Positions 25,558-42,932 of a stretch of 64,000 nucleotides of DNA are shown one piece after another. The notes under the pieces are model-generated. The model saw nothing but the letters and a program-made list of their open reading frames with translations. It was not told the DNA's origin and did no database searches. The stretch covers positions 3,370,101 through 3,434,100 of the forward strand of contig NC_092677.1 in NCBI RefSeq assembly GCF_964355755.1. The letters run 5' to 3'. The DNA is from Antedon mediterranea (taxonomy: Eukaryota > Animalia > Echinodermata). Within the stretch, counting starts at the first letter, position 1. The number at the start of each line of letters is the position of its first letter. The translations under genes and the position numbers were made by a program.

Positions 25558-26366
25558 GGCCCTGTTTCTGCTGCCAACTAAATACCGTATATTATACGGT
25601 ATTTTTTGAATACCGTATATATACGGTATATTTTTGGCAGCAGAAACTGCACTCATAAAAAATATACCGTATTTTGTATACCGTATTTTCCCCACAAAAT
25701 TTGTGGATAAAATACGGTATTTACAAATTTATACCGTATCTTTTGTACCCGTTTCTGCTGCCAATAAAAAATACCGTATTTTTTTTTTACATGACAAAAG
25801 GTCAACATTCGTGTTTTTATTTTCTGTCGCTGTCAGCTGCTTTACACACGTGTATAGATATATTCGGCGAAAATGTGGAGCGAAGACGTCACAGTTTTAC
25901 TAAATAAATGTGTGTGGGGAAGCTTAAATGTCTGGCCAACTAAAAGGTAATAAAAGGGACAACCACATTTATAAAGACATTTCTAAAAAAATAAAGCAGG
26001 AGTATGGAATAGACTTGTCTCCAAAGCAAGTAAACTGAAAGCTGAAGAGCCTGCGAAAGCAGTACAACATTGCAAAATACAATAACTCGGGGAGGGAACG
26101 AATTATTGTCCCCATTACGATGTTTTCTGTGCTCTCACAACATCTCTATCACTAGGGCTATGCTGTTGAATGTGAGACGTAAAACTTCCTTTATTGCGAC
26201 TTTTAATTATCGATCAAATAAATGAATGGCAATTTGGGTAAAAAAGATGAAATTTAACACGACCACCCAAGAAGTATTGTTAGCAGAAACGGGGTACTAA
26301 AAAATACGGTATAAAAAATACCGTATTTTATACCGTATTTTGACCAGTTGCAGCAGAAACAGGCCC
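25558..26366 (+). mobile_element. Deleted PIF/Harbinger transposon with a decayed Myb/SANT-like ORF
   Basis: TIR GG(C/G)CCTGTTTCTGCTGC; TAT duplicated; ATACCGTAT subterminal repeats; frameshifted remnant 25873-26122 reading MWSEDVTVLL..WG / QLKGNKRDNHIYKDISKKIKQEYGIDLSPKQVN*KLKSLRKQYNIAKYNNSGRER / CPHYD. Confidence 0.8.
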
Positions 26367-26980
26367 TATGACAAACTCGGTCTCTTAATAATAAATAGGT
26401 CGAGTAAATGACATCAACATTGTCACATGTATTTGTCATTAAAATTGTCACATTTTGTCATTAATGTCATTTTAGTAACGTAATTATCACAACAGGAGTT
26501 TCAAATGACGTCTCTATGTAAAAACAAATCCTAGTGGAAATTGTCCCTTTTAAATTGTCCTTTTTAAATTGTCACTTTACACTTATCACGATCAATGGGT
26601 TTAAAAAAATAAAATAAAGCTAAGTGACAATTAAGTGTTTTAATAAGGAAATGTTAAAATTGTCACAGATAATTATGGTGTCAAGTTACAGCGATTATCA
26701 CAATGAGTGACAATAACACACTACAATGCGAAACAAAACAACAAACAGTATTTTATTAAGTAAAGTGTCAAGTAAAATGTTAAAATTGTCACAAAAGTCA
26801 CAAATAGTTATGGTTGTTCCCTTAAAGCAATTATCACAGATGACTAATAAGTGACAATTAGCTACAAATCTTTTGTTCAAATTCCAGGGGTAATTATCTG
26901 TAAACCCTGTTCCTAAATACTGATAGTTGCGATTAACTAAACTATGAAAGTAGGAAAGTACGATGTCTTTGTTTGGCTTA

Positions 26981-27408
26981 AGCTTTGTCCACACTAACAA
27001 ACTAGTTTGACAAAAAAAGTGCGATGTGCCCAAATATGGTAGTAATACCAGGGAACATTTTCGCCAGTGTAGCATAGCAAAAAGCTATACAAAACAACCT
27101 TATTGCTACACATTTCTAAAATTGTGTAGCAAAAAATACAATACAAAACTATGTTTCTCGACTTAAAAATCAGTTTGAATATTGCTAAACAAAATTTGTT
27201 AATGAAATTTTCCCCTGAATACGCCCAAATATGGTAGTGATATGCCCAAATATGATAGTGATATGACATCATCATATCCAATGAAAACCAGTTTAAACTG
27301 TTTGGGCTACCCTGGGTAAAGAAATTTAATAATAACAATATATTAATTATGTCCATTAATATATATACATTTTTTTTTCACATAACGTTTGATAGTGTGG
27401 ACAGAGCT
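26981..27408. mobile_element. MITE family A copy carrying nested insertions
   Basis: TTA TSD and both TIRs present; interrupted by 27049-27217 and by about 75 bp of extra sequence near 27280. Confidence 0.8.
27049..27217. mobile_element. 169-bp nested TIR element with CAGGG termini and an apparent 5-bp TSD
   Basis: CAGGGAACATTTTC ... GAAATTTTCCCCTG flanked on both sides by AATAC. Confidence 0.6.
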
Positions 27409-28214
27409 TTAGCAGCAGTTTTTTTTTTGTAGAAATAAAGTTCATATATAGCAAAGTTGATAACAATACTTGAACAAAATATCTTTTTGTTTTGTGTGAT
27501 AATGTAAAGTCAAAAGTACAGTGGTATAAACTTGAACCTACTGACCAAGTCAAGGAACTATTATAACTCACGGATGTCTGTGGCTGTATTTACCGTTCAC
27601 ACTAAGGCTCTGTCTACACTATCAAACTTTATGAGACAAAAAAATGTGATGTGCCCATATATGGACATGATGATGTCATATCACTACCATATTTGGGTAC
27701 ATCATATTTTTTTGTCGTCAAACTTGTTAGATAGTGTAGACAGAGCTTTAGGTTAAGGAAAACCATTGATCTAATAAACAACACTAAATGAAAACCCTTA
27801 AATATTTATCGACTCAAGTAAAAAACTAGGTATATTATGTGAAATAATATGAGCATTGGGCCTTTAACTACTATGGCATGTGGTATATTCCATTATACAT
27901 AAAGCCTCAAATATTAACTTGATCACAAATAAACAACAATATTGTCCCATAGCTGACTTAAAACTGCCATTATCAACCTTTTCACTTCTTCTTTTTTCAT
28001 TCTTAAGCAAAAACTTAAAGCTTAACAATATTGATTATCTTATTTATATTTTCCAAGGTGGGTAATTAGTTGATATAACAATAATAATAAATAAAAATAA
28101 GGGGTGGGATTATACTTAAATTTCAAATTTAGCTTAAAATACAGGGTGGGATTTATTTGTTATAAATATTTTTATTCTTTTGATAAATGAAATTTAAAAA
28201 TCTGTGTGGCTTAC

Positions 28215-31200
28215 CTAAATTTTAATTTCTTCCAAAATAAACTGATTTGGATGTTCCGAAGTATTTCTAACAATTGCACTGATTGGTCCAAGCTGTTTAC
28301 CCATGATGCTTTGCATGTCAAATCCTTGTGACCTTACCTCTGGTGTGATTGGTGGTAAGATCTTTTCAATAGACGACTGTAATAACTATAAAAAAAGAAT
28401 ATTTATTTTTGAACTAAAATATAAAAAATATCGATTCACTATTAAAAACAACCAAAAAAAAAAAGAACACTTTGAATTTGCTAAGAATAAGTTATGTAAT
28501 GTTAAATCATTTTGTCGTTGCAGCGACATTTCGACATGTTTCCTCTTTCGATTTCCTAACAAATTTTTGGTGGAGAAGCATTTAAATGCAGTAGGTCTTA
28601 GGTCTTTGAAAGCTCCATATTGTAATTAGCTGTACAACAACCTACCTGAACTTTGACCTGGGCTTGTTTTACTGCTGCACATCGTATATACACTTCTAAG
28701 TACATCTTTAAATCAGTCGAGGTGATGTTCATTTTACATGTTTGGCAATAAAACTGATCATTTCTGTAAGATATGATATTCTATAGCATTAAACTGTACA
28801 GCATATACTGTGCAATTGCATAGAATAGTAGATTCAGTAATAAAGCTCTGTCTACATTATGAAAATAATTTGACAAAAAAGTGTGATGAGCCAAAATATG
28901 GTAGTGGTATGCCCAAATATGATAGTGATATGATATCATTATGTCCATATATGGGCATGATAGTGTAAACAGAGCTTTACACTAATATATTACTATATTT
29001 CGGTTAGAAAATTGGAATAATCCCACACAAAATACACCGTTAATTCTAGTTAATAACTGTACAGTATAAATTTCATTTTAATTCTTACATTGATGAAGAT
29101 GAGGCACATAGTTTATCAGATCCACACTGACCACACACTGACCACTGGTAAGCACTGGACTCGTCAGCTCCAATAACTTCACCTAAAACAGAAATAATTG
29201 CATAACTTGATAGAATTAGTTACAGTGGTAACCCTCCTTCGGGACTTGCATATTCAGGAGACACCACCTATATATACAGGAGACACTTTTATGTGACATA
29301 AACATGAGGAAGTTAATGTTTTAACACTACGATCAACCCGACACTTCTTTAAAAAAAAAAACACATTTTTTTTTGGGTTGAGAGGTAAAGCATATTGCTT
29401 ATAAGCCTTTCAAAGATATTATATTGTTCCCATCCCATCCTTCCCACCTCTACCCCTTCCCACCTCTACCCCTTCCCATGGTGCATAATCAACCTCAGTT
29501 ACCTTGTATCAATACAAGCTCAAACTGATTAGTATCAGCATGTAATGGTTGTAGATGTACATCAACGTTCTCATATTCTTCATACACACATGGATTGTCA
29601 ACCCTCACAATCCTGCTATACTTGTCTGCATAAAGTTCACCTAATAAATCAATTATTAATATTATATATAATAGATAAATATATATATAATTATAAAATA
29701 ATGCCTGAAAATATTATAAAATATATATACTATGATACGAGTTATGTGTTTTATTTAATTTACTCTTTGTAACATAAACATAATGTTAATAATTTATACA
29801 GGGTACCCTTCCTGAACAAAATATGCCAGTTATTCTGTCTACACTATCAAACTGTATGTGACAACAAATGTGACTATTTCATATAACTACTATATTTGGG
29901 CATATCAGTAGCATATATTTGTTGGGCATATCACACTTATTTATTTTATTTATGTTTATAAGGATGGTGATGATAATGATACAGATTACAATGAAAATTA
30001 TGATAATGATTAGAACATTGATGAAGAAGTGATGACATCTGTGAAAATGATAATGATGATGTAATAATGAGATCACAATCACACTTACCATTTTCTAAAA
30101 ACACATCTTTAAACATAAACACATGGCCTATCAGATTAGATTCCACAACACATGATGCATCCAATAACAGACACCTGTATGCAAAACAGTTAATGTCGGC
30201 GGTATCACACTCTGACCTGTGACCTTTGCCCAGTGAAAGGTCAGTAAGGTAAATTCTTTTCAAAACATGTTTGTCCGTTGAAGTACATGTGCTGTACAAC
30301 ACTTTTGAATAAAGGCTTATTCTTGGTGATAAACTCTGTAAGAAAGAAAATATTCAAATATGTTTTTTAACAGAAATCAAACTACGTTAGAAACTATTAA
30401 AGATGTAGGCCTACTTCCCCCCAAAAAACATGAAGATCAATAAAATCAGACTTTAAATAGGTCATTTTGAAGTTTCAATAAAGTTATTCACTTCTGTAAA
30501 AAAAAAACCAACAAAAAATAATTTCATTTAATTTGAACTAAAAATCATTGTCTGACAAGAATTTTTTGATTAAAATTTTTTTTGATTAATACATTTTTTT
30601 CCAATCCAAAGTTTATCAAAGTGAATAACTATTATGTGACATCAAAATAGCATATTCAACAACAAGGAACACACTCTCCCTTTAATGTTTAAACACATAT
30701 TTCCGCTCAATCGTTTCAAGAAAGTGTCCCCTGAATAGGAGTGTCCAAATTATTGATAATTTTTCAATTTTGAAATCTACACCTCCTCCATCTCAACCCC
30801 ACCCCAAAATATCAGCCTCATCATGCATGCATCCATAAAACGTTGCCAATACTTACACTGACTGTGTTTAGATTGCATTCTGTTGAACTTCTATATATGA
30901 CATGTTGTTTATTACTCTTGGTGATGATGTCACTGTCTAGTTTCAACACATAACAGAATGAAGGTGCTGGCATGATATGAGACGCTTGTTCACTCTGTGT
31001 AAATATATTTATAACAAAATAAAAAATATAATTTAAAAAACACTTCATTAATATGTTGCACAGCCAAAAAAAACCAAAGTTATATGTAACCTTACATCTG
31101 ATTGGCTGTTAAAACTTGCTGGGAGAATTTTGTCACTTGGAGGCCACATGGAATCAAGCATACTAAACAATCTAGAAGACCTAAATAAAAAACAAACAAA

Positions 31201-34200
31201 TTGTAATGAAAAAATATGTATCATGTGCTATACATGGTACGAATCAATTGTGGTCTTTAACATTATGTATAACATCAGGTTCATGAACTTTTATGAACCC
31301 CAAAAGACAGAAAAAAAAGGCACCAATGACCTTAGTTGACCCAAGGCTATCAAACAACAGACTTGAACCAGGAGTACTACAACAATAATATTCCTCACCT
31401 TGAACGTTTTGTTCTTTGTAGTACTTTTGCTCCCTTGAATATCAACGTCTCACCCTCAGCATTCAAATATTCCTTCCATGAATCACTGTGATGACAGTCG
31501 TCTGGCAAATACATCTCACAAAATACTCCTCTGATATCTTGAAGTAACATAAACCACTGTATATTAAATGTACAATCAGGTCTAAAAGATCAAAGACAGT
31601 TTCAACTTATCACTATCATATTTGGGCAGATCACTACCATATATGGGCAGATCACACTTTCTTTTGTGAAACTAGTTTGATAGTGTAGACAGAGCTTTAG
31701 GCTTTTATCAGGGGTAATAAAGGCTCGATTTATTTATTATCTTTGAATGGTGAGAGGTTATGTGGTGGTTTGCGTGTGTTTGTTTTTTTCTATACTTGCA
31801 GCAGGACTACTCAAAAAGTTATTGCCCATTTTAAAGTATGGTTTCATAGCTGTATGGAAACATGCCATTAAATATTCATATGCCTAGGTGGAGGTTTGCA
31901 CTCTCTGAGAGCCTTTCTAGTTTAGATATACAACACTTTAAAAACATTTCTTATTTCTTTTTTTTTTAAAAATGGGACAAAAATTGATTTAATTTGAAAC
32001 TTCTTACTTGTCATTTGTTGGTGAATTATAACAACATACTCTCTGTACTGTTGCCCTAATACACATCCCTTTTGTGCTATGTCCACTACTGTCCGCAATA
32101 CTGTCCAGTATCGAGTCCGAGGCTTGGTCATCCTCATTAAGGGATTTAACTGGTTGAATGGTAACCTCTTCCAGAACAGGTCTTACTGCCGATTTGTCAT
32201 CAGAAGGCCATGTGTCAAAGGTCATCTTTCTTCTTGTAGTCTATACAATATTATTTTTAAAATGGTTTATACAACTGATGTAGTTTTAAGTTTAGTAAAA
32301 ATATATTTGTTTGACTTTTCCTCTTTGATTTCAGTATATTAAACTTTGTCTAAACTATCAAATGTGATGTGCCCATATATGGACATGTTGATGTCATATC
32401 ACTACCATAGCATATTACTATGTACCATATTTAGACACATCACATTTTTTTTAATGAAACTAGTTTGATAGTGTAGACGGAGCTTTAGGCTTTTATCAAA
32501 ATGCCTGTTTATCCTACATGTTTGCCATTATTCATAATAATAACAAACACACTATAAGGTAATCTGTTCTTCTAGGACATTATTAAGGGGACACCCCTAT
32601 TAAAGGAACACTTTTTGTGAAATGAATGAAGGAAAAATATTTTTGACAAACCACTATTCAGGGGACACCTCTAATAAAGGAACACTTTCTTATGAATATC
32701 TTTTTCAACACTGACAAAACAATATTCAGTAGACACCTCTATTAAGTAGACACCTCTATTAAGTAGACACCTCTATTAAGTAGACACCTCTATTAAGGTG
32801 ACACCTCTATTAAGGTGATAAGGTGACACTTTGATGGGTCCTGAAGGGTTCCCCTTAATAGGGGGCCTACTGTAATTTGTTTACTACTATTACTTACTTG
32901 TGTTGAGGTGCTTGGTACATTGGTAGAGTCTTGCCCCACAAGTTGACAGTAATGAGTGCATAGCAGAATGGGTTCACTGTGCGTTGGCAAGTTCAACCGC
33001 TGCCTACAATATGAAACAATATTAGGGTGAATAAGAGAAGGGGAAACATCAACATTTAACAGTTGGGCTCACAACATAATTATAACATAATAATGTATAA
33101 ATTTAGATTGGCATTTGTATCTACTGTGTAATAACATTATTTTGCAGCAGATTTTAGAGAGAATCTCCTCCTCCACAACCAACCCTCTCCTCCACCCCCT
33201 AAAAAATAATATGATTTTAAAAAGTTTATAAATCACATTTTAGTTAGGAATGTTTACACATATTATTTCTTTCTTATACATATGCCAATGATCTCCCTCG
33301 TTTCTCCCATAACCCACTCTATGCGTTCCTTTAAAATATGCAGAAGTTCCCCTTGAATATTCCCCCATTATTTCATTTTTTCATTTCTTTATTCGACAAC
33401 AAGCGGTCCAGGGATTGCGACAGCAACAGAGCACCATAACACATTTGTGTCCGCAATCCCTGTAACATACAACTTAATACAAGTTAAAAATGAATATAAA
33501 GTATACAGAATATATAAAAAATTTAATTAATTTGTATTACTGTGTTACACCATTTAAAATACTCCTATACAATTAAAATAAATTTAGCGTTGATCAAGCA
33601 GATATTTTTTCAATTTCGACAGGAAATTTTTCAAAGGAAGAGTAACTGCTTGATCTTTGATTATGGAGGGTAGTGATGACCATATAACAGGAAAATTGTT
33701 GATAGACGAATATTTTAAAGTATCGGTACGTGCAAAAGGGTGGACAAATGTGAGTAATTCAGGATGGCGTTGATTGATATGGATATTGTTATTTACAGTA
33801 CTACAAAAAGTTACATTATAAAAACAACGAAATATAAAGGAAATTAAAATCATTAAACGTCTATCACGTAAGGATAACCAACCCAAAGTTATTAAACGTT
33901 CGTCGTATGATATAGGTCCGCAGTGGGGTCCCAGAATACGTCTAGAGGCCCGTCGCTGAACCTGTTCGAGGCGTTTTATGTGTCCTCCATTTCTGGGGCC
34001 CCACGCCGGCAAACCATACTCTAGAATAGGTAGCACCAAAGTTTTGTATCTTACCATGGTGGGTATATTGTGACGATGGAGCCTTCAGCTATGCATAACT
34101 GTCTAGCAGTTGAGGTTGAGAATAACACATGTAGGACTGCATGGTCACTGTCACTTGTATCTATGCATTCACTGACGTATATTCCACGGCTAATGTTTAT

Positions 34201-36288
34201 CTTTTGTACACAAACCGTCAGAGCAGTGCCGCTGGCCTTAGCTTTGTCTGCAACATGGTGATTCCACATGGCTACTGAGGACCTCTCCCTAGAAATTAAC
34301 TTCTGTAACCTTTCAGCAAGACCACCTCTAATGGAACAAAAGCAACAAGAAGTCACTACTATAATCTTCTACTTTAAAATAAAGGCCTGTTCACACTGAG
34401 CAAAAAAACTCCCAATCAGTTCAAATTTATTTTATGAAAATTCTAATTTATTTTAATTTTGTTTCTCACCTTAGATATTTACTTTTCTTTTTGGCTGAAT
34501 CCAGTGGTTCAATTTCGTCGGTCTCTGTTTGAGGTGATTTTATTTGTTGCTTCATTAGGTTGATAAGGTTTGACCCTTTCTTTGACATCGCCGTTTTATT
34601 CTCTCCACTAGAGGTCACAGAACTTGAAGGCAAGGATGACGATATGGATCCTATGCTGTATGTTTCGGATACCTGTGTGGAAAAAAGTTATTATAAAACA
34701 TGCTGTCTTAAGCTTGGTTCCCACTAGGACACGACATAGTAACGTTTAAGTATTTTGACCAATCATGACACAATGGATATCTGAATTGTCTCTTGTTATT
34801 GGTCAACTTGCTTGGGTCTTACGTCCCTACGTTGCGTCCTGGTGGGAACCATACCTAACCTGCTTTTATGAAATGATTTTATAAAGAAAGTTTTATACAT
34901 ACTATACCTGTGGCGTGTTGCTAATTTGTTTAAATTCCTCAACTTCTTCACTAGCATCAGATTCCTCTGTAGATTCATAATCTGATATTAAAAGCTCAGA
35001 AGCCTAAACATAAACAAAATAATGTTAGCCATAATCAATGGAACATACAGATGCACAATAATAAATAAAAGTTAAGCATATGTCTATGAATATGGTAGTG
35101 ATATGCCCAAATATGGTAGTGATATGACATCATCATGTCCATATAGGATGTGAACATCACATTTTTTTTGTCACATAAAGTTTGATAGTGTAAACAGAGC
35201 TTTAGAATACACCAAAATTGGGTCAAAGACTAAAGTGGGGGTCAATATTACAAGTACCTGGGATGCCTGTGAACTTTGAACTTTGACCATAACAACTTGT
35301 TTAGGAGGTTGATCTTCACTGGAGATCTCATCATGACATGTGCTTCTAAATGACGTCTTTGGACGTTCAGGTGATTCAAACACTAGAGGGAGTGCATCTG
35401 CTGAGTCGCTGTCATCTTCACTTGAGCTCCAACTTATATCGACATCTTGTTGGTTCCCTATTCTTGCATTAGAAAGTAATTTACCTAAAGTTTTAAAGAT
35501 AATTTTGTTTAGAAACATGTCATGAAATAAAAAGCATTTATCATAAAATATTAAATAAGAGAACTTAAAAATTATTTAAGTAAACATAATATCAATTAAA
35601 CACCCACTTTTTAAACCTTTTTTACTGCCAACTGATTTCCGGGCAGAAGACCTTTGACCTTCAAGAATGATGTCCGGATCAAAACCATCTTGACAACGAT
35701 CCCAACTGTCATCGGCGGACAAACAATTCTGTTTACTGCGTAACTTGGTAACGCAATCAGATCTCTGCCAAACAAACAAAAAAGATCCAAAATGTTTATT
35801 AGTTTACGTTAGGCCGCCAGCCTTAATAAATAGGCCTACTACTCTAGGAGGCTGCCTACTTACTTTTCCAATTTACACATTTATAATTACAAACTTAACC
35901 TAGCTAGGCCTAGGTGGCCCTAGCCTAGCCAAGGCCTAGACTTATTACAAGCTAGGCCTAGTAGGCTATATATATATCATTCTAGACCATACCTAGCAGA
36001 AATAACCTACCTAAGTAACCTAGTAGCCTAGTTATTCTTAGCCTCTAGCTAGGCCTAGTCAGCTAGCCTGGATGACTTAGGCCTAGGTAGCCAAATCACC
36101 TGATAAAGGTGAACTCACACGCCTGGTGGTGGGTGTGAGCGAATACCGGTGTGAGCTGGCTAGCCTACGACTTTTGAGAGCAATATAATGGTTAATAAAC
36201 GACCACATTTCTTAATAAAATATGTAGCAAACCAAAATAAAATGCTTATTTTGTCATCAGATAATGTTAGCAGTACCTTACGCTTCAT
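28215..36288 (-). CDS. SPIDR: Scaffold protein involved in DNA repair (SPIDR/KIAA0146), 16 coding exons, about 823 aa
   Basis: Exons 36288-36277, 35764-35617, 35484-35258, 35003-34908, 34672-34470, 34327-34055, 33003-32898, 32240-32008, 31581-31399, 31180-31096, 30994-30857, 30335-30089, 29640-29503, 29182-29089, 28763-28646, 28385-28215; all GT-AG and phase-compatible (2472 nt). Recognisable motifs: DSAKKKSKYLRGGLAERLQKLISRERS, IYPPWQRL, LFSMLDSMWPP, PAPSFCYVL, GEVIGADESSAYQWSVCGQCG, GFDMQSIMGKQLGP..LEEIKI*. The 12-nt first exon is the least certain. Confidence 0.92.
32570..32874. repeat. GGGGACAC-family MITE with an internal 17-bp repeat (CACCTCTATTAAGTAGA) x about 5
   Basis: Ends CCCCTTAATAGGGGGCCTACTG-TA. 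Other family copies near 6428, 8438, 8858, 11175, 19650, 29221, 49646 and 52405. Confidence 0.75.
33370..34049 (-). mobile_element. 5'-truncated LINE (CR1/L2-group) ORF2 C-terminus plus 3' UTR, in SPIDR intron 6
   Basis: YKTLVLPILEYGLPAWGP..IKRLEQVQRRASRRILG..SYDERLITLGWLSLRDRR..WSSLP; 3' stem-loop CAGGGATTGCG/CGCAATCCCTG, AATAAA and a GAAAT-type tail. Confidence 0.88.
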
Positions 36289-37105
36289 AATTTCTAGTTT
36301 TTAATGTCATTCACGCACATTATTTTTTTGTCGTCTGCTGCTATAAGTTTGTCGCCCTCTCTTGAAACCAACGACGCATGTCCACAAAAACAAAAATTGT
36401 TTTTTTTTGCGTAATTTTGTAGTAAGTTCTATAAATTTGTAATTCATTTTAAATAAGTTTTATAAATTATTTTAAGTTTGTAATAAAATCAACTCAATAC
36501 AAAAAGACTATTATTTTTTTTTATTATTTTACTTTGATATACCTTGCTAAAATAGAAAAATGTATTTTGGAATGAAATATTTAAAATTTGCTATAAACAA
36601 AAAATATTCAGTTTTTGTTTTTCGACCTCAACTGGAATTTGCTTCTACGCACTTGGCTGTAGCTTTGATTGGTTGGTTAGACAATATTTTAAATTCTTGG
36701 CAGGTTCATAAAAGAATGCATAGTCAACTCTCTCAATGCCAGACCCCTGTATACCGGAGACTCTCCTCTTTTCTCAAGGTGCAAAATGTCCCCAGTTCAT
36801 TTTAACATTCAAAACACATTTAGAATACCAGACTTTCCAGAAAATCAGACATATTTTCCAGCCCAAAGGTGTCCATTTTTGGGAAAGTTGACTGTACAGT
36901 AGTTACAATTATAAAAGAGTAAACAGCAGTATATATATAGTCCTTTGTGACACCCTTATTCATGGACACCCTTTAATGGTAACACTTTTCCGTGAAATTA
37001 ACTAGACATAATACATATTTTAACAATACAGTCAACTCCTATTCAGGGTCATCCTAAGATGGCGCTACTCTATTAACATAAATTGTTCAATATCATAAAC
37101 CACTG

Positions 37106-42043
<4,938 letters not shown>

Positions 42044-42136
42044 TTATCTACTGAAATACAAATGTTATACATACAACTTACATGATGGGTGATTAGCACT
42101 GTGTAATAGTTAATAAATTAGTCTTTTTACTGTGTA

Positions 42137-42932
42137 TGTTATGCGCGATTTGAACGATTTGCGCAATTTGAAATTGCGCAAAAAAAATCCTTGCGCAATT
42201 TGAATTGAAACATGTGTTTCAAATTGCGCAAGCAACGTATTAAATTGCGCAAGTAATCTGCAAATTGCGCAAGGTTTTTCGACAGATTGTGAAATCATGC
42301 ACACCCATATTTTTATAGTATTTAATTTCTAAGAATGATTCAAAATTAAAGATAAATATCACATTTCCTTATTTTAGTAGTGCAAATATTGTTATAAGTT
42401 AGCATACCGTCGAAGAACCGACGAAGGAAAACGAAGCGGTGGTGTTCCACCAGGCGGGCGCGGCGCGGGCGGCCGGCTATACTAGGCCTACTCTAGCCTA
42501 GCTAGGGTCTGGACTGCTGATACTGACTAGGTTACATGGCCTAGCTTAAACTAATATTAAAAACTTAAAAAGTGAGTATTAAACATTATCTTCATTGAAA
42601 TGGTCTTATTTATATAATAAAATACTAAATTTTAAACTCCTCTGCCTAGGCCTAGCCTAGCCATGTATGGGAAAATTTACAGTTCGTTTTCAAATTGCGC
42701 AAAGGTGTCATATTGCGCAAGAACTATCTTGCGCAATTTACAAATTGTGCAGCGCAATTTAAAATTGCGCAAAGATTTTCTTGCGCAATTTGAAATTGCG
42801 CAAGTTGATTGCGCAATTTGAAATTGCGCAAAAAAATCCTTGCGCAATTTTAAATTGCGCAAGAATTCTTTGCGCAATTTCAAATTGCGCAAGGATTTTT
42901 AATTGCGCAAATCGTTCAAATCGCGCATAACA
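42137..42932. mobile_element. Non-autonomous Ginger-like DNA transposon (796 bp) with TTGCGCAA arrays
   Basis: TGT...ACA termini; 32-bp perfect TIR TGTTATGCGCGATTTGAACGATTTGCGCAATT; 4-bp TSD TGTA (42133-42136 and 42933-42936); 6 left and 13 right TTGCGCAA copies. Confidence 0.85.

Noticed and set aside
28330-28340. GAG|GTAAG donor inside the last SPIDR coding exon, implying a distant final coding exon
   Set aside because: Reading through gives the expected SPIDR C-terminus, and no better terminal exon was found downstream.
33584-34057. 157-aa ORF as an independent gene or SPIDR exon
   Set aside because: LINE ORF2 C-terminus; its ATG is borrowed out of frame from SPIDR exon 6.
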